Shown here: one piece after another, positions 29,977 to 40,105 of the stretch
Position numbering within the stretch: the first letter of the stretch is position 1
Layout of the letters: each line of letters opens with the position of its first letter
Virus record (IMG/VR): IMGVR_UViG_3300045988_181536
Span: 110,314-174,313 of that record
Source of the DNA: a virus
DNA length: 64,000 nucleotides
Strand: one strand, 5' to 3'
Program-made: the position numbers and the translations under genes
Notes under the pieces: generated by a model
Database searches by the model: none
The model's input: the letters and a program-made list of their open reading frames with translations, nothing else
What the model was told of the DNA's origin: nothing

Positions 29977-30618
29977 ATGAGCATCATAAAGGAGCCAAAA
30001 TCTTCAGTGGACATGTTTGCTAATATTTCTAAAAGCATTCAACCTGTAGATGTAAAAAGCAGAGTAACTATCAAAAATTTTCCTGTTGTGTCAAACACTT
30101 CGTTGGAAGATAAAATCAATGTTAACCCAGTCCCTGTGGATACAGCGATTGAAGAAATAAAAAAATCTGAAGCATTTAAAAAGGAATTGCCTGCAGAGGA
30201 TGCAACAATTGTAGAAAGGTTAAATGCCATTCATAGGGATATTTTTGAAGTAAAAAATTTATTAACAAAAGTATCTTTAACTCCTGAAGTTAATAATTAT
30301 CCAGCTATAACTTCCACAGAACCTTTAGATAAATCAGAGGGCATTTTTGTTATTCCGAATGTTATAAATTATAACTTTAAGTTTATTAAGTTTCAACAGG
30401 ATGGCAATCTATGCAGTTTAATTGTTGATCCAAAAGATTTTACTTTAGAGGTAAACCCTGGAACAGAGGCAGTAATTAAACTACCTCAGAAGGGTGAACC
30501 CGATATTTATATGGAATTTAATTTACGGGTTTTGTCTTCAAAAATTTTAGTCGATTTAGGTAATGTAGAATATAATATATTTCTTTTCTATATTCCACAG
30601 CATACAACAAAAGCTTGA
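29977..30618 (+). CDS. hypothetical protein
   Basis: 213-aa ORF. Confidence 0.3.
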   Translation: MSIIKEPKSSVDMFANISKSIQPVDVKSRVTIKNFPVVSNTSLEDKINVNPVPVDTAIEEIKKSEAFKKELPAEDATIVERLNAIHRDIFEVKNLLTKVSLTPEVNNYPAITSTEPLDKSEGIFVIPNVINYNFKFIKFQQDGNLCSLIVDPKDFTLEVNPGTEAVIKLPQKGEPDIYMEFNLRVLSSKILVDLGNVEYNIFLFYIPQHTTKA

Positions 30619-30810
30619 CTGTGGTTATACTTTTGAGCAAAATTGTACTTAATATGATAAAAAAAGGCGTAGTAGTCAAAGATGAATCTTCTCAGCAAGA
30701 GGTATCAGAAGAAGAACTTTTAAAAGACAAGAAAGAGAATATTTCTGATAATTGTCCAGATTTTGCGAGTATTATAGCTGAATTGCCTCTTTCCAAGCCT
30801 GAAAATCAAG

Positions 30811-32598
30811 ATGTCCGATAGGCCCATTATATCCGATTTTTTCTCTCCCTATGCTTCAAAGTTTAGGGATCCTGTTTTCATGCCTTCATCGGCATGGTTT
30901 CCGAGAACTCTAAGCGAAGGGTTTGAACTATGTCAGTGGCTGTATGCCAATGTTCCGATTTTTCGTCAAGTAGTTCGTAGACTTACATCGTTTTTTATAT
31001 CGGATTTTGAATTTAAGAATTGCGATGAAGCTACGCAAAAATCTTTAAGAGCATTTTTTAATGATATTCTTGATATAAAACAGGTTATGCAGAATATTGG
31101 GGATGAATGGGGGTGTTATGGGAATGCCTTTATAAGGTTATATGTACCATTTCGTCGAATTTTAATTGATCCCCGTCCGCAATTCAGCGGTAAATTTTAT
31201 ACCTTTACGGATTTTCGTGATAATATTAGTTTAGTTAAATATAATTCAAAAGATTTAACTTTTACAGTTCCTGATCCTCAAAATAATTTTCAAGGCACAA
31301 TTACTTGTCAGTTTATAGATAAGATCGATAAGCGTAAAGAAAACTTTCGCTTAATGCTTATTGACCCTCGTTATATTAGGATCATTCATAGTAGAATTAA
31401 CGGGGAAAATACTTATATTTGGAAGTTTGATCAAGACATAAGAGAGCAAGTGGAACGAGGAGTACTTGACGTAATTAACACGATTCCGCGTTCTATGCTG
31501 GAAGCTTTGAATAAAAATCAGGATTTTAAATTTAATAAAGGTGAATTATTTCATTTTAGAGGTCCTGTAATTTCTGGGTTGTCACGTGACGGCTGGGGTA
31601 TTTCAGAGTTCTTGTTAAACTTTCGTGTAATCTATAAATTGCTACTTTATTCAAAGGCTGACGAAATGTTGGCTTTGGATTACGTAACACCGCTTCGAGT
31701 TATATCTTTGGATCCTCACGCATTACAAGGAGGTAACGACAGCATTGCTCAGTCTTTTGACGCAGTAATGTTCAGGGATCAAATGACTCGTATGGTTGCC
31801 AATTATAGGGCTGACCCAACAACTTGGCAAGTAGCGCCTTTTGCGTTGAGCTATCAAGAGCTGGGAGGCACGGGCAAACAGTATATTAGTAAAGACATAA
31901 TAAATGCGGAAAAAGAAGAATTGCTTAATGGTGCAGGCTTTCCGTCGCGTTTGTATGATTTGTCTTTAGACTTGCAGGTTTTACCTACATCTTTAAAGGT
32001 TTTACAAAATAATTTTTGGTATATTTATAATCAATTTAATAAATTGGGCAAATGGGTCTTAAAAAAGACGCAAAAGATATTTAATGAAAAGCCTGTCGAA
32101 GTTGAGTTGCCACAACCGAGGATTATTGATGACATTGAAACACAAGCTGCCAAGATGAATCTCGGTATGCAAGGGTTACTTCCGTATAAAACCTTTATGG
32201 AATCGTTGGGCATTACCGATCCAATCAGTTCCATCACTCAAAGACAGCGTGAAGACGCCCAGATACAAGTTGAGCAACAGAAAGTTCAAGAAGAAATTCA
32301 AAAGGAGCAAGAAGCACGCCAGAATCTTGAAGCCGAACTTCAAGATAACTCTATGGCTGCAGGTGGTGCTGCTCCAAGCACTTCCGTGCTGACAATGGAA
32401 CAAAGGGCCATGGGCATAGCACAACAGCTGTTAGCGATGCCAGTAGGCCAATCGAGACAGCAACTACAACAGCTTGAACAATCTGACTTTACCTTGTATT
32501 CATTGGTGAGGTCTTATATGAATAAAGAACGAGATCAAATGAGGAATCAAGGCTATGCCCTAATGAAAGAACAGAATGGATATAACTTAAATGGCTAA
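30811..32598 (+). CDS. hypothetical protein (595 aa; possibly virion-associated)
   Basis: Long ORF in a block of Gly-rich and membrane-like genes; no catalytic motif recognised. Confidence 0.35.
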   Translation: MSDRPIISDFFSPYASKFRDPVFMPSSAWFPRTLSEGFELCQWLYANVPIFRQVVRRLTSFFISDFEFKNCDEATQKSLRAFFNDILDIKQVMQNIGDEWGCYGNAFIRLYVPFRRILIDPRPQFSGKFYTFTDFRDNISLVKYNSKDLTFTVPDPQNNFQGTITCQFIDKIDKRKENFRLMLIDPRYIRIIHSRINGENTYIWKFDQDIREQVERGVLDVINTIPRSMLEALNKNQDFKFNKGELFHFRGPVISGLSRDGWGISEFLLNFRVIYKLLLYSKADEMLALDYVTPLRVISLDPHALQGGNDSIAQSFDAVMFRDQMTRMVANYRADPTTWQVAPFALSYQELGGTGKQYISKDIINAEKEELLNGAGFPSRLYDLSLDLQVLPTSLKVLQNNFWYIYNQFNKLGKWVLKKTQKIFNEKPVEVELPQPRIIDDIETQAAKMNLGMQGLLPYKTFMESLGITDPISSITQRQREDAQIQVEQQKVQEEIQKEQEARQNLEAELQDNSMAAGGAAPSTSVLTMEQRAMGIAQQLLAMPVGQSRQQLQQLEQSDFTLYSLVRSYMNKERDQMRNQGYALMKEQNGYNLNG

Positions 32599-33331
32599 TT
32601 CAAATACACAAGCAGCATTTGATATTTTTTCTTCTTTATTTAAAGACCTTAGCTTAGGTAAAACTACAAAGCTAAGAACTGACACTGCAGATAGTGTTAA
32701 AGTAAAAGATGGAGATACAGATGTAGAATTTGGGGTGAATGATAATTCGCGTCAAATTAATAGTCTGCCAAAAGTTAGTGATTTTAAGTTAAAATTCGAT
32801 TTAGGCAATCGCTTTCCACAAAATACCATGGACTCAGGTTCAAGCATTCAATTTCCGCCGAATTTTTACACATACGAATACTCTAATGTCAGCACTGGTA
32901 CAGGTGCAGGGCAAGAAATATTTCCACGTTCTATGGTCAAATCTTCTGCTGTTGATTGGAAAAATATTCCCGAGGTTAAGCCTGGTACACAATTTGTGTA
33001 TAATCCATCGAAATTCGAAGAGTTTAGAGACGCTGCACTTGATATTACGAAACCCATTAATCCTTTATATATTACAGGACAATCTGCAAAGGGCGGTGCA
33101 ATACAAGGTGCATTGGGAGGTGCTTTAAGTTTTGGGGCATTAGGAGCATTAGCAAATGCTGGATATCGTTGGTGGAGAAATAGAGGATTACCTCCTGAAT
33201 ATCGAGATCCTGAAGATACACTATCACGGTCTCTGTTAAAAGGGGCTTTAGCAGTAGGCGGTGCTGGCGCCTTATTAGGTGCGTTGTTAGGTTCTGAACA
33301 AAAAGGGGAGAAATCTACATGGGAGGCTTAG
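32591..33331 (+). CDS. hypothetical Gly-rich protein with hydrophobic C-terminal segments
   Basis: GGAIQGALGGALSFGALGALANAG and AVGGAGALLGALLG segments. Confidence 0.3.
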   Translation: MANSNTQAAFDIFSSLFKDLSLGKTTKLRTDTADSVKVKDGDTDVEFGVNDNSRQINSLPKVSDFKLKFDLGNRFPQNTMDSGSSIQFPPNFYTYEYSNVSTGTGAGQEIFPRSMVKSSAVDWKNIPEVKPGTQFVYNPSKFEEFRDAALDITKPINPLYITGQSAKGGAIQGALGGALSFGALGALANAGYRWWRNRGLPPEYRDPEDTLSRSLLKGALAVGGAGALLGALLGSEQKGEKSTWEA

Positions 33332-33639
33332 AGCAAAGGTTACTACAGGATTATACATTACCTTATAATCAACGTATGGCTTTAATTGGTTATGTACAAA
33401 CATTACCTTACAGCATTCAATCTCAATTAAATGCAGCCACATCTACAGCAATGGGTGCAGGTTTAGGTGCAGTGGTAGCCAAATTGTTGTTTAACATGGG
33501 GTTAAAGGGTTCTATTATTATGTCTATATTAGGTGGACTTATGGGAAGAACAATGGGCATAAATAATTCTTTGACACCCCCGGCATTTAATCCTTTACAA
33601 AATTCTGGATTTAGAGATACTTTTGGAAGGCTGCTTTAA
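33319..33639 (+). CDS. small putative membrane protein
   Basis: Two hydrophobic Gly-rich helices (MGAGLGAVVAKLLF; IIMSILGGLMG). Confidence 0.3.
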   Translation: MGGLEQRLLQDYTLPYNQRMALIGYVQTLPYSIQSQLNAATSTAMGAGLGAVVAKLLFNMGLKGSIIMSILGGLMGRTMGINNSLTPPAFNPLQNSGFRDTFGRLL

Positions 33640-34255
33640 AATATTTATAGAAATGTCTGATAATACTTTTAAAAAATTTGGTACTACTTTGGAATTATTT
33701 TCTTACGGAGTAACTCCGAAAAATATTTCTTCTGAAGTAATTGAACAATATAATAATGCAGATAAAGCTGCTGAGCCTGATTTGGTAGATCATGTATACA
33801 CCAAACTCGCTGCTTCGTTTGCTGATCTACTTAGGGTTACAGATAATTATGAGTATACTCCGGAAATTTTGGTGCTTACTAAGGTTGCATCTGCAAACAG
33901 TGACCAATGGAATAGTTATTATCATAATGTAGTAAAAACTTGCATTAATGCTTCTATTGATTCCGTTAGTGGTATGCATAAACATGCAAGCAATCCTGCT
34001 CTTGGAGCTGCAGCAAAAGCATTACCTGGCGTTGTGGGAGGTTTGCCAGGTCTGGCATTAGCAGCAATTCCAATTATCGGAGCATTATTATCCGGATCCG
34101 CGTACTTTGCAGAAAAAAGTGTCAATGAAGACTCTGCAGATGTAGAAAAACAAAAAGCCAAGAATATAGCCTATAGGACTTTAGCTGCAGACGTTGTTCG
34201 TAGATTACGGGATGAAGGACTGTCCATAGGTCCTGAATATGAATATGAGTCTTAA
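33623..34255 (+). CDS. hypothetical protein
   Basis: 210-aa ORF with a Gly/Ala-rich hydrophobic segment. Confidence 0.3.
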   Translation: MEGCFKIFIEMSDNTFKKFGTTLELFSYGVTPKNISSEVIEQYNNADKAAEPDLVDHVYTKLAASFADLLRVTDNYEYTPEILVLTKVASANSDQWNSYYHNVVKTCINASIDSVSGMHKHASNPALGAAAKALPGVVGGLPGLALAAIPIIGALLSGSAYFAEKSVNEDSADVEKQKAKNIAYRTLAADVVRRLRDEGLSIGPEYEYES

Positions 34256-34769
34256 TGGCATATCTAAAGAAGATCTATCCAAACTTGAAGATTTAGAGTC
34301 TCCAGGTGAAGGGATAGGAGAACTTGCCCAAGTATCTAATGCCTTATCTGCTTCAGATGTGATACTAGATGCTTCACGGACTGTATCTGATGAGGATTTA
34401 TCCAGTCAGGCAAAATCTGTAGAATTAATTGATTATACAAAAGATTTAATTAATAATGATGAGAACAACATAGCTGCAAAAGCTACTTCAGACACTGTGC
34501 CAGTTTATCCTGAATGGAATAAAATGCCGGTAATTAAAAACCAACTGGAACAGTATCCAAATTTATGTGAGAGAGTTAAAACTTGTGTATCAGTTTTAGA
34601 CTTTAAAAATTCGGAAGATGTAGAACAATATCAATCACTTTTAAACCAAGCGCAAGGAGAATCTGCTTGCATAAAGCTACGCAATAGTATCATAAAATTT
34701 TCTGAACAAACTGGTAATTTTATTGCTTTAGTAATCTTTGACACATTTAAATTTAAAAGGCCTTTATAA
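34239..34769 (+). CDS. hypothetical protein
   Basis: 176-aa ORF. Confidence 0.3.
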   Translation: MNMSLNGISKEDLSKLEDLESPGEGIGELAQVSNALSASDVILDASRTVSDEDLSSQAKSVELIDYTKDLINNDENNIAAKATSDTVPVYPEWNKMPVIKNQLEQYPNLCERVKTCVSVLDFKNSEDVEQYQSLLNQAQGESACIKLRNSIIKFSEQTGNFIALVIFDTFKFKRPL

Positions 34770-34771
34770 AC

Positions 34772-36070
34772 ATGAATATCTCAGATTATAACATTTTGTC
34801 CACAATCCTTACGGCTGCAGCTGCAGGCGGAGGAACCAGTCTTTTACTTAATACCATTTCTGAACTACGTGATTTACAACGAAAACGTAATTTAGAAAAA
34901 CGTATAACAAAGCGAGTAACAGGAACAACAGCAGATACCACAGATGAAGATTTAAAAAATCTTTTAATAAAAGATGCTTTAGAGGATAATAATGTCAAAC
35001 ACGCTGCGGAAGAAGATCGCCATGGAGATGCCTATACTACAATGGCAAACGTGTTGGGAAGTATTCTCGCATTAGGAGCTTCTTATTATGGTGCAAATAA
35101 GCTATATAATTCCGTAAAAAAGAGACTATTACAGGATGAAGGGGCTGATATTACAAAAGATTATTATGACCAGTTATTTCTTTTGAAGAAGTTACAAGAT
35201 CAAAATATTGTAACTGGACGTACGAGAAAATACGGCTCTTTTGCAGGCGCTTTAGGAGGTTTAGGTGGTATTTTACTCTTAGGGGGGTTGGCTTCGGCAA
35301 TTATGACGCGCCAAATTTTAAAGGATAAATATCCATTATTAAATACTTCTAACGCATACGATGAGGCTTTAAAAATTGTCCCACAGCCTGCATTAGAATT
35401 TGCAGATGATCGTAAGTTAAGGGAACAGAATGAACTTGATAAGAAAGAACTTTTACGAAATTTGGTTGAAGAAACTTCGGAAGACAATGAGGGAGCTTCT
35501 TTAAAGTTAGCTTCTACTGTTAAAGATTTACTAGCTGATGAAGTAAATGAGAATATTCTAAAATTAGCTTACTACTCAGAAAATGAATGTGCAGACAATC
35601 TTGGAATACAAAATATTGTACATAGTGTAGCTAACGGACATAGAAATTTACTAAAACAAGCTAATACTATCGAAGAACTTTTTGAGATTGCAGATAAATG
35701 TGCTTTGACTAAGTTTGCTTCTGCAGAACCTTTGAAAATTCAGTTGGCTTTTACAGCAATCGCTAAAGATCCAATGCTGAAAGAAACAGTTATTCCTGCA
35801 GCAGGTATACAGGTGTTACATGCGTATCCACTACAAAATAAATTAGCTTCTTTAATATCTGAGGAAGTGGATAATGATTTTGCAAGATCTGATATGTCTG
35901 TTATTTGTGCTGTTAATAATTTGTTAAGCAGGGCGCACGCTTTTGCACCATTCCGTAAAGAAGCAGCTGAAAAGTTAAAGCAGGAAGACAAACTTGATAA
36001 AATTTTTGATTATCCTTTTGATAACGGCTTGACAACCTTTACTCAAATCTGCAGATTTTTGGATAGTTAA
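34772..36070 (+). CDS. hypothetical protein
   Basis: 432-aa ORF with Gly-rich hydrophobic segments. Confidence 0.35.
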   Translation: MNISDYNILSTILTAAAAGGGTSLLLNTISELRDLQRKRNLEKRITKRVTGTTADTTDEDLKNLLIKDALEDNNVKHAAEEDRHGDAYTTMANVLGSILALGASYYGANKLYNSVKKRLLQDEGADITKDYYDQLFLLKKLQDQNIVTGRTRKYGSFAGALGGLGGILLLGGLASAIMTRQILKDKYPLLNTSNAYDEALKIVPQPALEFADDRKLREQNELDKKELLRNLVEETSEDNEGASLKLASTVKDLLADEVNENILKLAYYSENECADNLGIQNIVHSVANGHRNLLKQANTIEELFEIADKCALTKFASAEPLKIQLAFTAIAKDPMLKETVIPAAGIQVLHAYPLQNKLASLISEEVDNDFARSDMSVICAVNNLLSRAHAFAPFRKEAAEKLKQEDKLDKIFDYPFDNGLTTFTQICRFLDS

Positions 36071-36078
36071 TCTGCAGG

Positions 36079-36717
36079 ATGAAGAGAAAAAAGGACAAAC
36101 TAATTTTTGAAGGGATCACATTTGATTCTGAAGAAGAAATTCAGTTTTACATTTTTCTACGTGATGCAAAAAGACTTGGGTTAATTGTAGATTTTCAATA
36201 TCAACCCGAGTCTTTCTTGTTAGTTCCTAAAGCTACAGAGGATATAATAGTTAATTTAAAGTCAGGTAAGCAAAAAGTTAAAACAAAGGTTCTTTATCGA
36301 GAGCATAGCTATACTGCGGATTTTTGGGTTAAAGTAAACCCTGAAAAGTTTTATAATTCAGTAATTCTTAATAGTTCAAAAATACGATTGATAGATGATG
36401 AATTTTATGTCGATGTAAAAGGTGATTATAATCGTCATGGGGGAGATAGAATTTTTCCAATTCATCAAAAGTTAGTTTTTTGGAAGTATCATAAACATGT
36501 AAATAAGATTGTACCTGACGAGTTTTTTAAGTCTATAGGGTTTATTCCTGAAGAATTACGTTGGATAAAAAGAAGAAAAGTAAAAACTTTAAGACCTAAA
36601 TATTTAAATTTAAGGTCTTTAGAAACAATTTTTGAAAATAACCAAACACAAACCAACATAGGATTTTTGCCTACTGTTGAAACTTTTACCGCTAATGTCA
36701 GAAAAAATTGTTGTTAA
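36079..36717 (+). CDS. hypothetical protein
   Basis: 212-aa ORF. Confidence 0.3.
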   Translation: MKRKKDKLIFEGITFDSEEEIQFYIFLRDAKRLGLIVDFQYQPESFLLVPKATEDIIVNLKSGKQKVKTKVLYREHSYTADFWVKVNPEKFYNSVILNSSKIRLIDDEFYVDVKGDYNRHGGDRIFPIHQKLVFWKYHKHVNKIVPDEFFKSIGFIPEELRWIKRRKVKTLRPKYLNLRSLETIFENNQTQTNIGFLPTVETFTANVRKNCC

Positions 36718-37135
36718 AAAACAGATTTTAAAAGATTTTAAACCTACTTTTAAATCCAATGGTAGGGTAATGGTTTTAAAAGATAAAGTTACTGAAAGTG
36801 GAGATATAATAACAGATTTATTTAACTCTTTCGGCAATCTTTCAATTAAAAACGATACTCCTGTAACAGGTGTTGTAGTATATATCCCAGATAATGTAAA
36901 TAAACAAAGTTTAGGTATTGAAGTAGGAGACAGAATTTTATCTGTTCATAATAAAGTTATTTATATTTCTGACCAAGAACAGGAATTGTTTTTAGTGTTA
37001 GAAGATGATATCTTAGCAAAGATTCCTATTGATTTAGAGTTGGATTTTGTAAATATGAAGAAGATGGATGTAGGATCTGATGATGATTACTACGGATTTA
37101 ATCAAAAGAAACATAGAGATCAATTTGAAGACTAA
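36677..37135 (+). CDS. hypothetical protein
   Basis: 152-aa ORF; overlaps its neighbours, so the start is uncertain. Confidence 0.25.
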   Translation: MKLLPLMSEKIVVKKQILKDFKPTFKSNGRVMVLKDKVTESGDIITDLFNSFGNLSIKNDTPVTGVVVYIPDNVNKQSLGIEVGDRILSVHNKVIYISDQEQELFLVLEDDILAKIPIDLELDFVNMKKMDVGSDDDYYGFNQKKHRDQFED

Positions 37136-37454
37136 ACCACATATGACAAAAGTATCAGCAAAGGAAGAACAGAAAAATTATTATAAGAATGTAATGTTGC
37201 CAATTTTAAACGGTTATTGGCAAACCGTTAAAGGATTGCCGTATTATAATTATCCCCCTGCAATTACGGCGGAAAATATCGGAGCTTTATATTTCCCAAG
37301 ATTGTTTTTAAAAGATAGGGATAGCGATTTGGGAAAGGTGTTTATTTCCGTGTTGAAAAAAGACGGAGATAGAATCCCTGATACTCCTTTGCATAGTTAT
37401 CCGATTGTGCAAATAAAAGAATTTGTTAAGTTTTTAGCTAAAAAATCAGCTTAA
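37080..37454 (+). CDS. hypothetical protein
   Basis: 124-aa ORF. Confidence 0.25.
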   Translation: MMITTDLIKRNIEINLKTKPHMTKVSAKEEQKNYYKNVMLPILNGYWQTVKGLPYYNYPPAITAENIGALYFPRLFLKDRDSDLGKVFISVLKKDGDRIPDTPLHSYPIVQIKEFVKFLAKKSA

Positions 37455-37511
37455 AATTTAAAACTTGCGGATACAGAAGATTTAATGTTATATTTTTAGA
37501 CAAGTAAAATT

Positions 37512-37976
37512 ATGTCCCAAAATTTTGTTAAAGATACAGCAAAAGATCTTCTGTATTCCGCATTGTTAAAGTGCGGTTATAAAAAGTATGCAGATTCAAA
37601 AAGCCCTTCAATTAAATCTCAAGGGTTAAGAATTGATCGTTTTAATTCCATGGTGGCAGAGTGGAAACAAAAACGGGCGGATGAAGCAGCAAAAGCAGAG
37701 CAGGCTGCACTTGAGGAGCAAAAAGCTAAAATGGAAAATAGTGCTCCACCTCCACAAGATCAAGCTCCTCAAACGCCTGCAGATCAATGGAAACAAAACG
37801 TATCAAATTTTGCCAATACGTCACAAAACCTAGGCACTAATACGAATCCAGCTCCGGCTAATTCCCCTCAAGATGCAGGTTTACCTACACCTCCGAGTAC
37901 ACAGTTGCCGCCTAAAACGTCGCCAAATATGAAAGTTGCTAGCCAAAATGTAACCTTTAAGTGGAAAGTTAATTAA
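37512..37976 (+). CDS. hypothetical Pro/Gln-rich protein
   Basis: 154-aa ORF with a low-complexity C-terminal half. Confidence 0.3.
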   Translation: MSQNFVKDTAKDLLYSALLKCGYKKYADSKSPSIKSQGLRIDRFNSMVAEWKQKRADEAAKAEQAALEEQKAKMENSAPPPQDQAPQTPADQWKQNVSNFANTSQNLGTNTNPAPANSPQDAGLPTPPSTQLPPKTSPNMKVASQNVTFKWKVN

Positions 37977-37980
37977 AAAT

Positions 37981-39123
37981 ATGAGTGTCGCAGTATTATC
38001 AAAGATTTTTCGTAAGGTACCGTCTTTGTTAGGGTTAGGTTTAGGTGGTTACGCGGGCCACAATATGGCTCAATGGGAAAATGCGCATTTATATTCTAAT
38101 GATACCACTAAATCCTTGGCTGATTTAACCGGTACAGGAGTTGGCGCGTTAGGTACGGCTGCATTGTTTAGCCCCGCCCATCGTGCTACTGGTTTAAAGC
38201 TTTTGGGAAGTTTAATGGGTCCTAAACAGCTTGGCTTATACGGAATTGATAAATTTACCCAAGGTATTAATGCGGTAGAGGACTACACGGATATTCAGAA
38301 TGAATTGGCGAATAAAAATGTAGAAATTACAAAAAATCAGTTAGAGACCGCCAAACAAAATAAAGAAATTGCAGATATATCCAATGAGACATCTAAAAAA
38401 TGGTTGGATTTAGCAAATAAAGGTTTGCCGTACATTGGAGGTTTAGCAGCTTTGATTACAGCTTTATATGCCTATAATTCCTTTAAGAAAAATAAGGGCA
38501 ATGGAAATGTAGCGTTTCAAATTCCTGAAGAAAAATTATCGCCTCAGTTTTACAGTAGATTAGGTAGAGAAATTTTATTTAAGGATCGTGATGAGAACGG
38601 TAGAATTATAAAGAGGAAGTATATCAAACAAAATGATATAGAGGATTATACATTACCGGAATATAATGAAGCTGTGGAGAAGATTGCTTCGGTTTTAAAT
38701 ATAAAGCGAGCAGCAAATCTTACTAAAGATACAAGACAATTGGTAAATAATGTTAATGATTTAGCTAAAGACAATAGAGTTCCAGAAGCAAAGGCAGAGA
38801 CTATAGGGCAAGTTATTGAGAAGCATCCTTCCAATAAAACATGGGGAGGATTTGTGGCTAACAAATTAAATAAATATGGTCCGTTTGCCTTGGAGTACTT
38901 TGGATTAATTACACCTTCTGCACAAATTAGACAAGATGTAAGCTTTATTGATCAAAATGGGCGTTCCCGTGCTGCTCCTTCTTTAACCGCAAGTTCTATG
39001 TACTCGGATCCGAGTGCAGTGGGTAGGTTATATGAATATGCGCGTAATCGTATGGCAAAAGCAGGCAACCCATATTTCACACATAGTTTAAGTTATCCGA
39101 ATTTTGGATCTTATTTCTTTTAA
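37981..39123 (+). CDS. hypothetical protein with an N-terminal hydrophobic segment
   Basis: 380-aa ORF. Confidence 0.35.
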   Translation: MSVAVLSKIFRKVPSLLGLGLGGYAGHNMAQWENAHLYSNDTTKSLADLTGTGVGALGTAALFSPAHRATGLKLLGSLMGPKQLGLYGIDKFTQGINAVEDYTDIQNELANKNVEITKNQLETAKQNKEIADISNETSKKWLDLANKGLPYIGGLAALITALYAYNSFKKNKGNGNVAFQIPEEKLSPQFYSRLGREILFKDRDENGRIIKRKYIKQNDIEDYTLPEYNEAVEKIASVLNIKRAANLTKDTRQLVNNVNDLAKDNRVPEAKAETIGQVIEKHPSNKTWGGFVANKLNKYGPFALEYFGLITPSAQIRQDVSFIDQNGRSRAAPSLTASSMYSDPSAVGRLYEYARNRMAKAGNPYFTHSLSYPNFGSYFF

Positions 39124-39145
39124 ACGTAAAAAATTCTCTTGACGT

Positions 39146-39180
39146 AAGCGCAGATTTTTTAGAATCTGCGCTTAACTTTT
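39146..39180 (+). terminator. rho-independent terminator
   Basis: Stem aagcgcagatt/aatctgcgctt, loop ttttag, then aactttttaa. Confidence 0.5.
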
Positions 39181-39187
39181 TAATACT

Positions 39188-39529
39188 ATGATTAAAGAAC
39201 TCGAACTAAAAGCTCCGAAAGGAAAAATTATTGTTAGGCAGCTGCAAGCTGCGGAGATGGAACGTGAAGGGATTATTATCCCAGCAGGTAAAACTTTTTA
39301 TAATAAAGAGGCTTTAGTGATTTCCATAGGAGATATGGATAATGGTGAATTTAAAGATATAAATTGTAATAATAAAAAACGTAAAAATATTTTAAAAGTT
39401 GGAGATCATGTATTGTTAAGCTTTATGCCTGTTGACAGATATGAAGCTTTAGGTCCTGACAATAAGCGATATTTTTATGCTACTATTAATCCCTGCCAAG
39501 TCCTTTTAATAGGACAAAACTTTGCTTAA
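39188..39529 (+). CDS. GroES-like co-chaperonin
   Basis: 113 aa. KIIVRQLQAAE..GIIIPAGK...ISIGDM...LKVGDHVLLSF matches the GroES/Hsp10 pattern (mobile loop, GIIIP, GD.V.F). Confidence 0.5.
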   Translation: MIKELELKAPKGKIIVRQLQAAEMEREGIIIPAGKTFYNKEALVISIGDMDNGEFKDINCNNKKRKNILKVGDHVLLSFMPVDRYEALGPDNKRYFYATINPCQVLLIGQNFA

Positions 39530-39563
39530 GAATTTAATTTTCACTTAAATCAGAAAGGAAAAC

Positions 39564-40091
39564 ATGAAAACAATAATTCTAAACGAACAAACACGCATTA
39601 CCGATCCTTGCTATAATAAAAATGTTTCTTTTACTGCAATAATCCCAACCCTTCCAGGGGAATATCGTGTCGTGGGATTAAATACATTCGAGGATACTAC
39701 ATTGGATGTACAATTATTGCGCAGCGCGGTGATTTATCATCAGTCTCTACTAAAGCAAGACCAGTTTGCAGATACATTGGATATGAGAGAAATTGAATAT
39801 GGCATAGCAGTCGATAGTGGAGAATGTGGTGTGTACCAGGATGACAAGTATCCTGCGGAAGGTCTAAAATTGAAAAATCTTGATGGCGTCAAAGGAGATT
39901 CTAGAGTTCCTGATGGTAATTGGGGCGTTACGTTTAATCACTTTGGAGGAGATATATGTCCGCGAATTTATGGGCATCAAAATCAAGACGGTGTATATGA
40001 TGCTATTTATTTAGATTGGAATTTTTGTAATAGAAAGATGGACAAGGTAATATCGGAGTTAGTATCGGCTATTATTAAAGTAAATTTTTAA
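39564..40091 (+). CDS. hypothetical protein
   Basis: 175-aa ORF. Confidence 0.3.
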   Translation: MKTIILNEQTRITDPCYNKNVSFTAIIPTLPGEYRVVGLNTFEDTTLDVQLLRSAVIYHQSLLKQDQFADTLDMREIEYGIAVDSGECGVYQDDKYPAEGLKLKNLDGVKGDSRVPDGNWGVTFNHFGGDICPRIYGHQNQDGVYDAIYLDWNFCNRKMDKVISELVSAIIKVNF

Positions 40092-40105
40092 GTAAAATAA
40101 ATTTA

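Noticed and set aside
36677-37454. Overlapping ORF pair 36677..37135 and 37080..37454 as a programmed -1 frameshift (tail-chaperone-like)
   Set aside because: No slippery heptamer is evident in the overlap. Both ORFs have their own plausible ATG starts. The overlap is more simply explained by alternative start choice.
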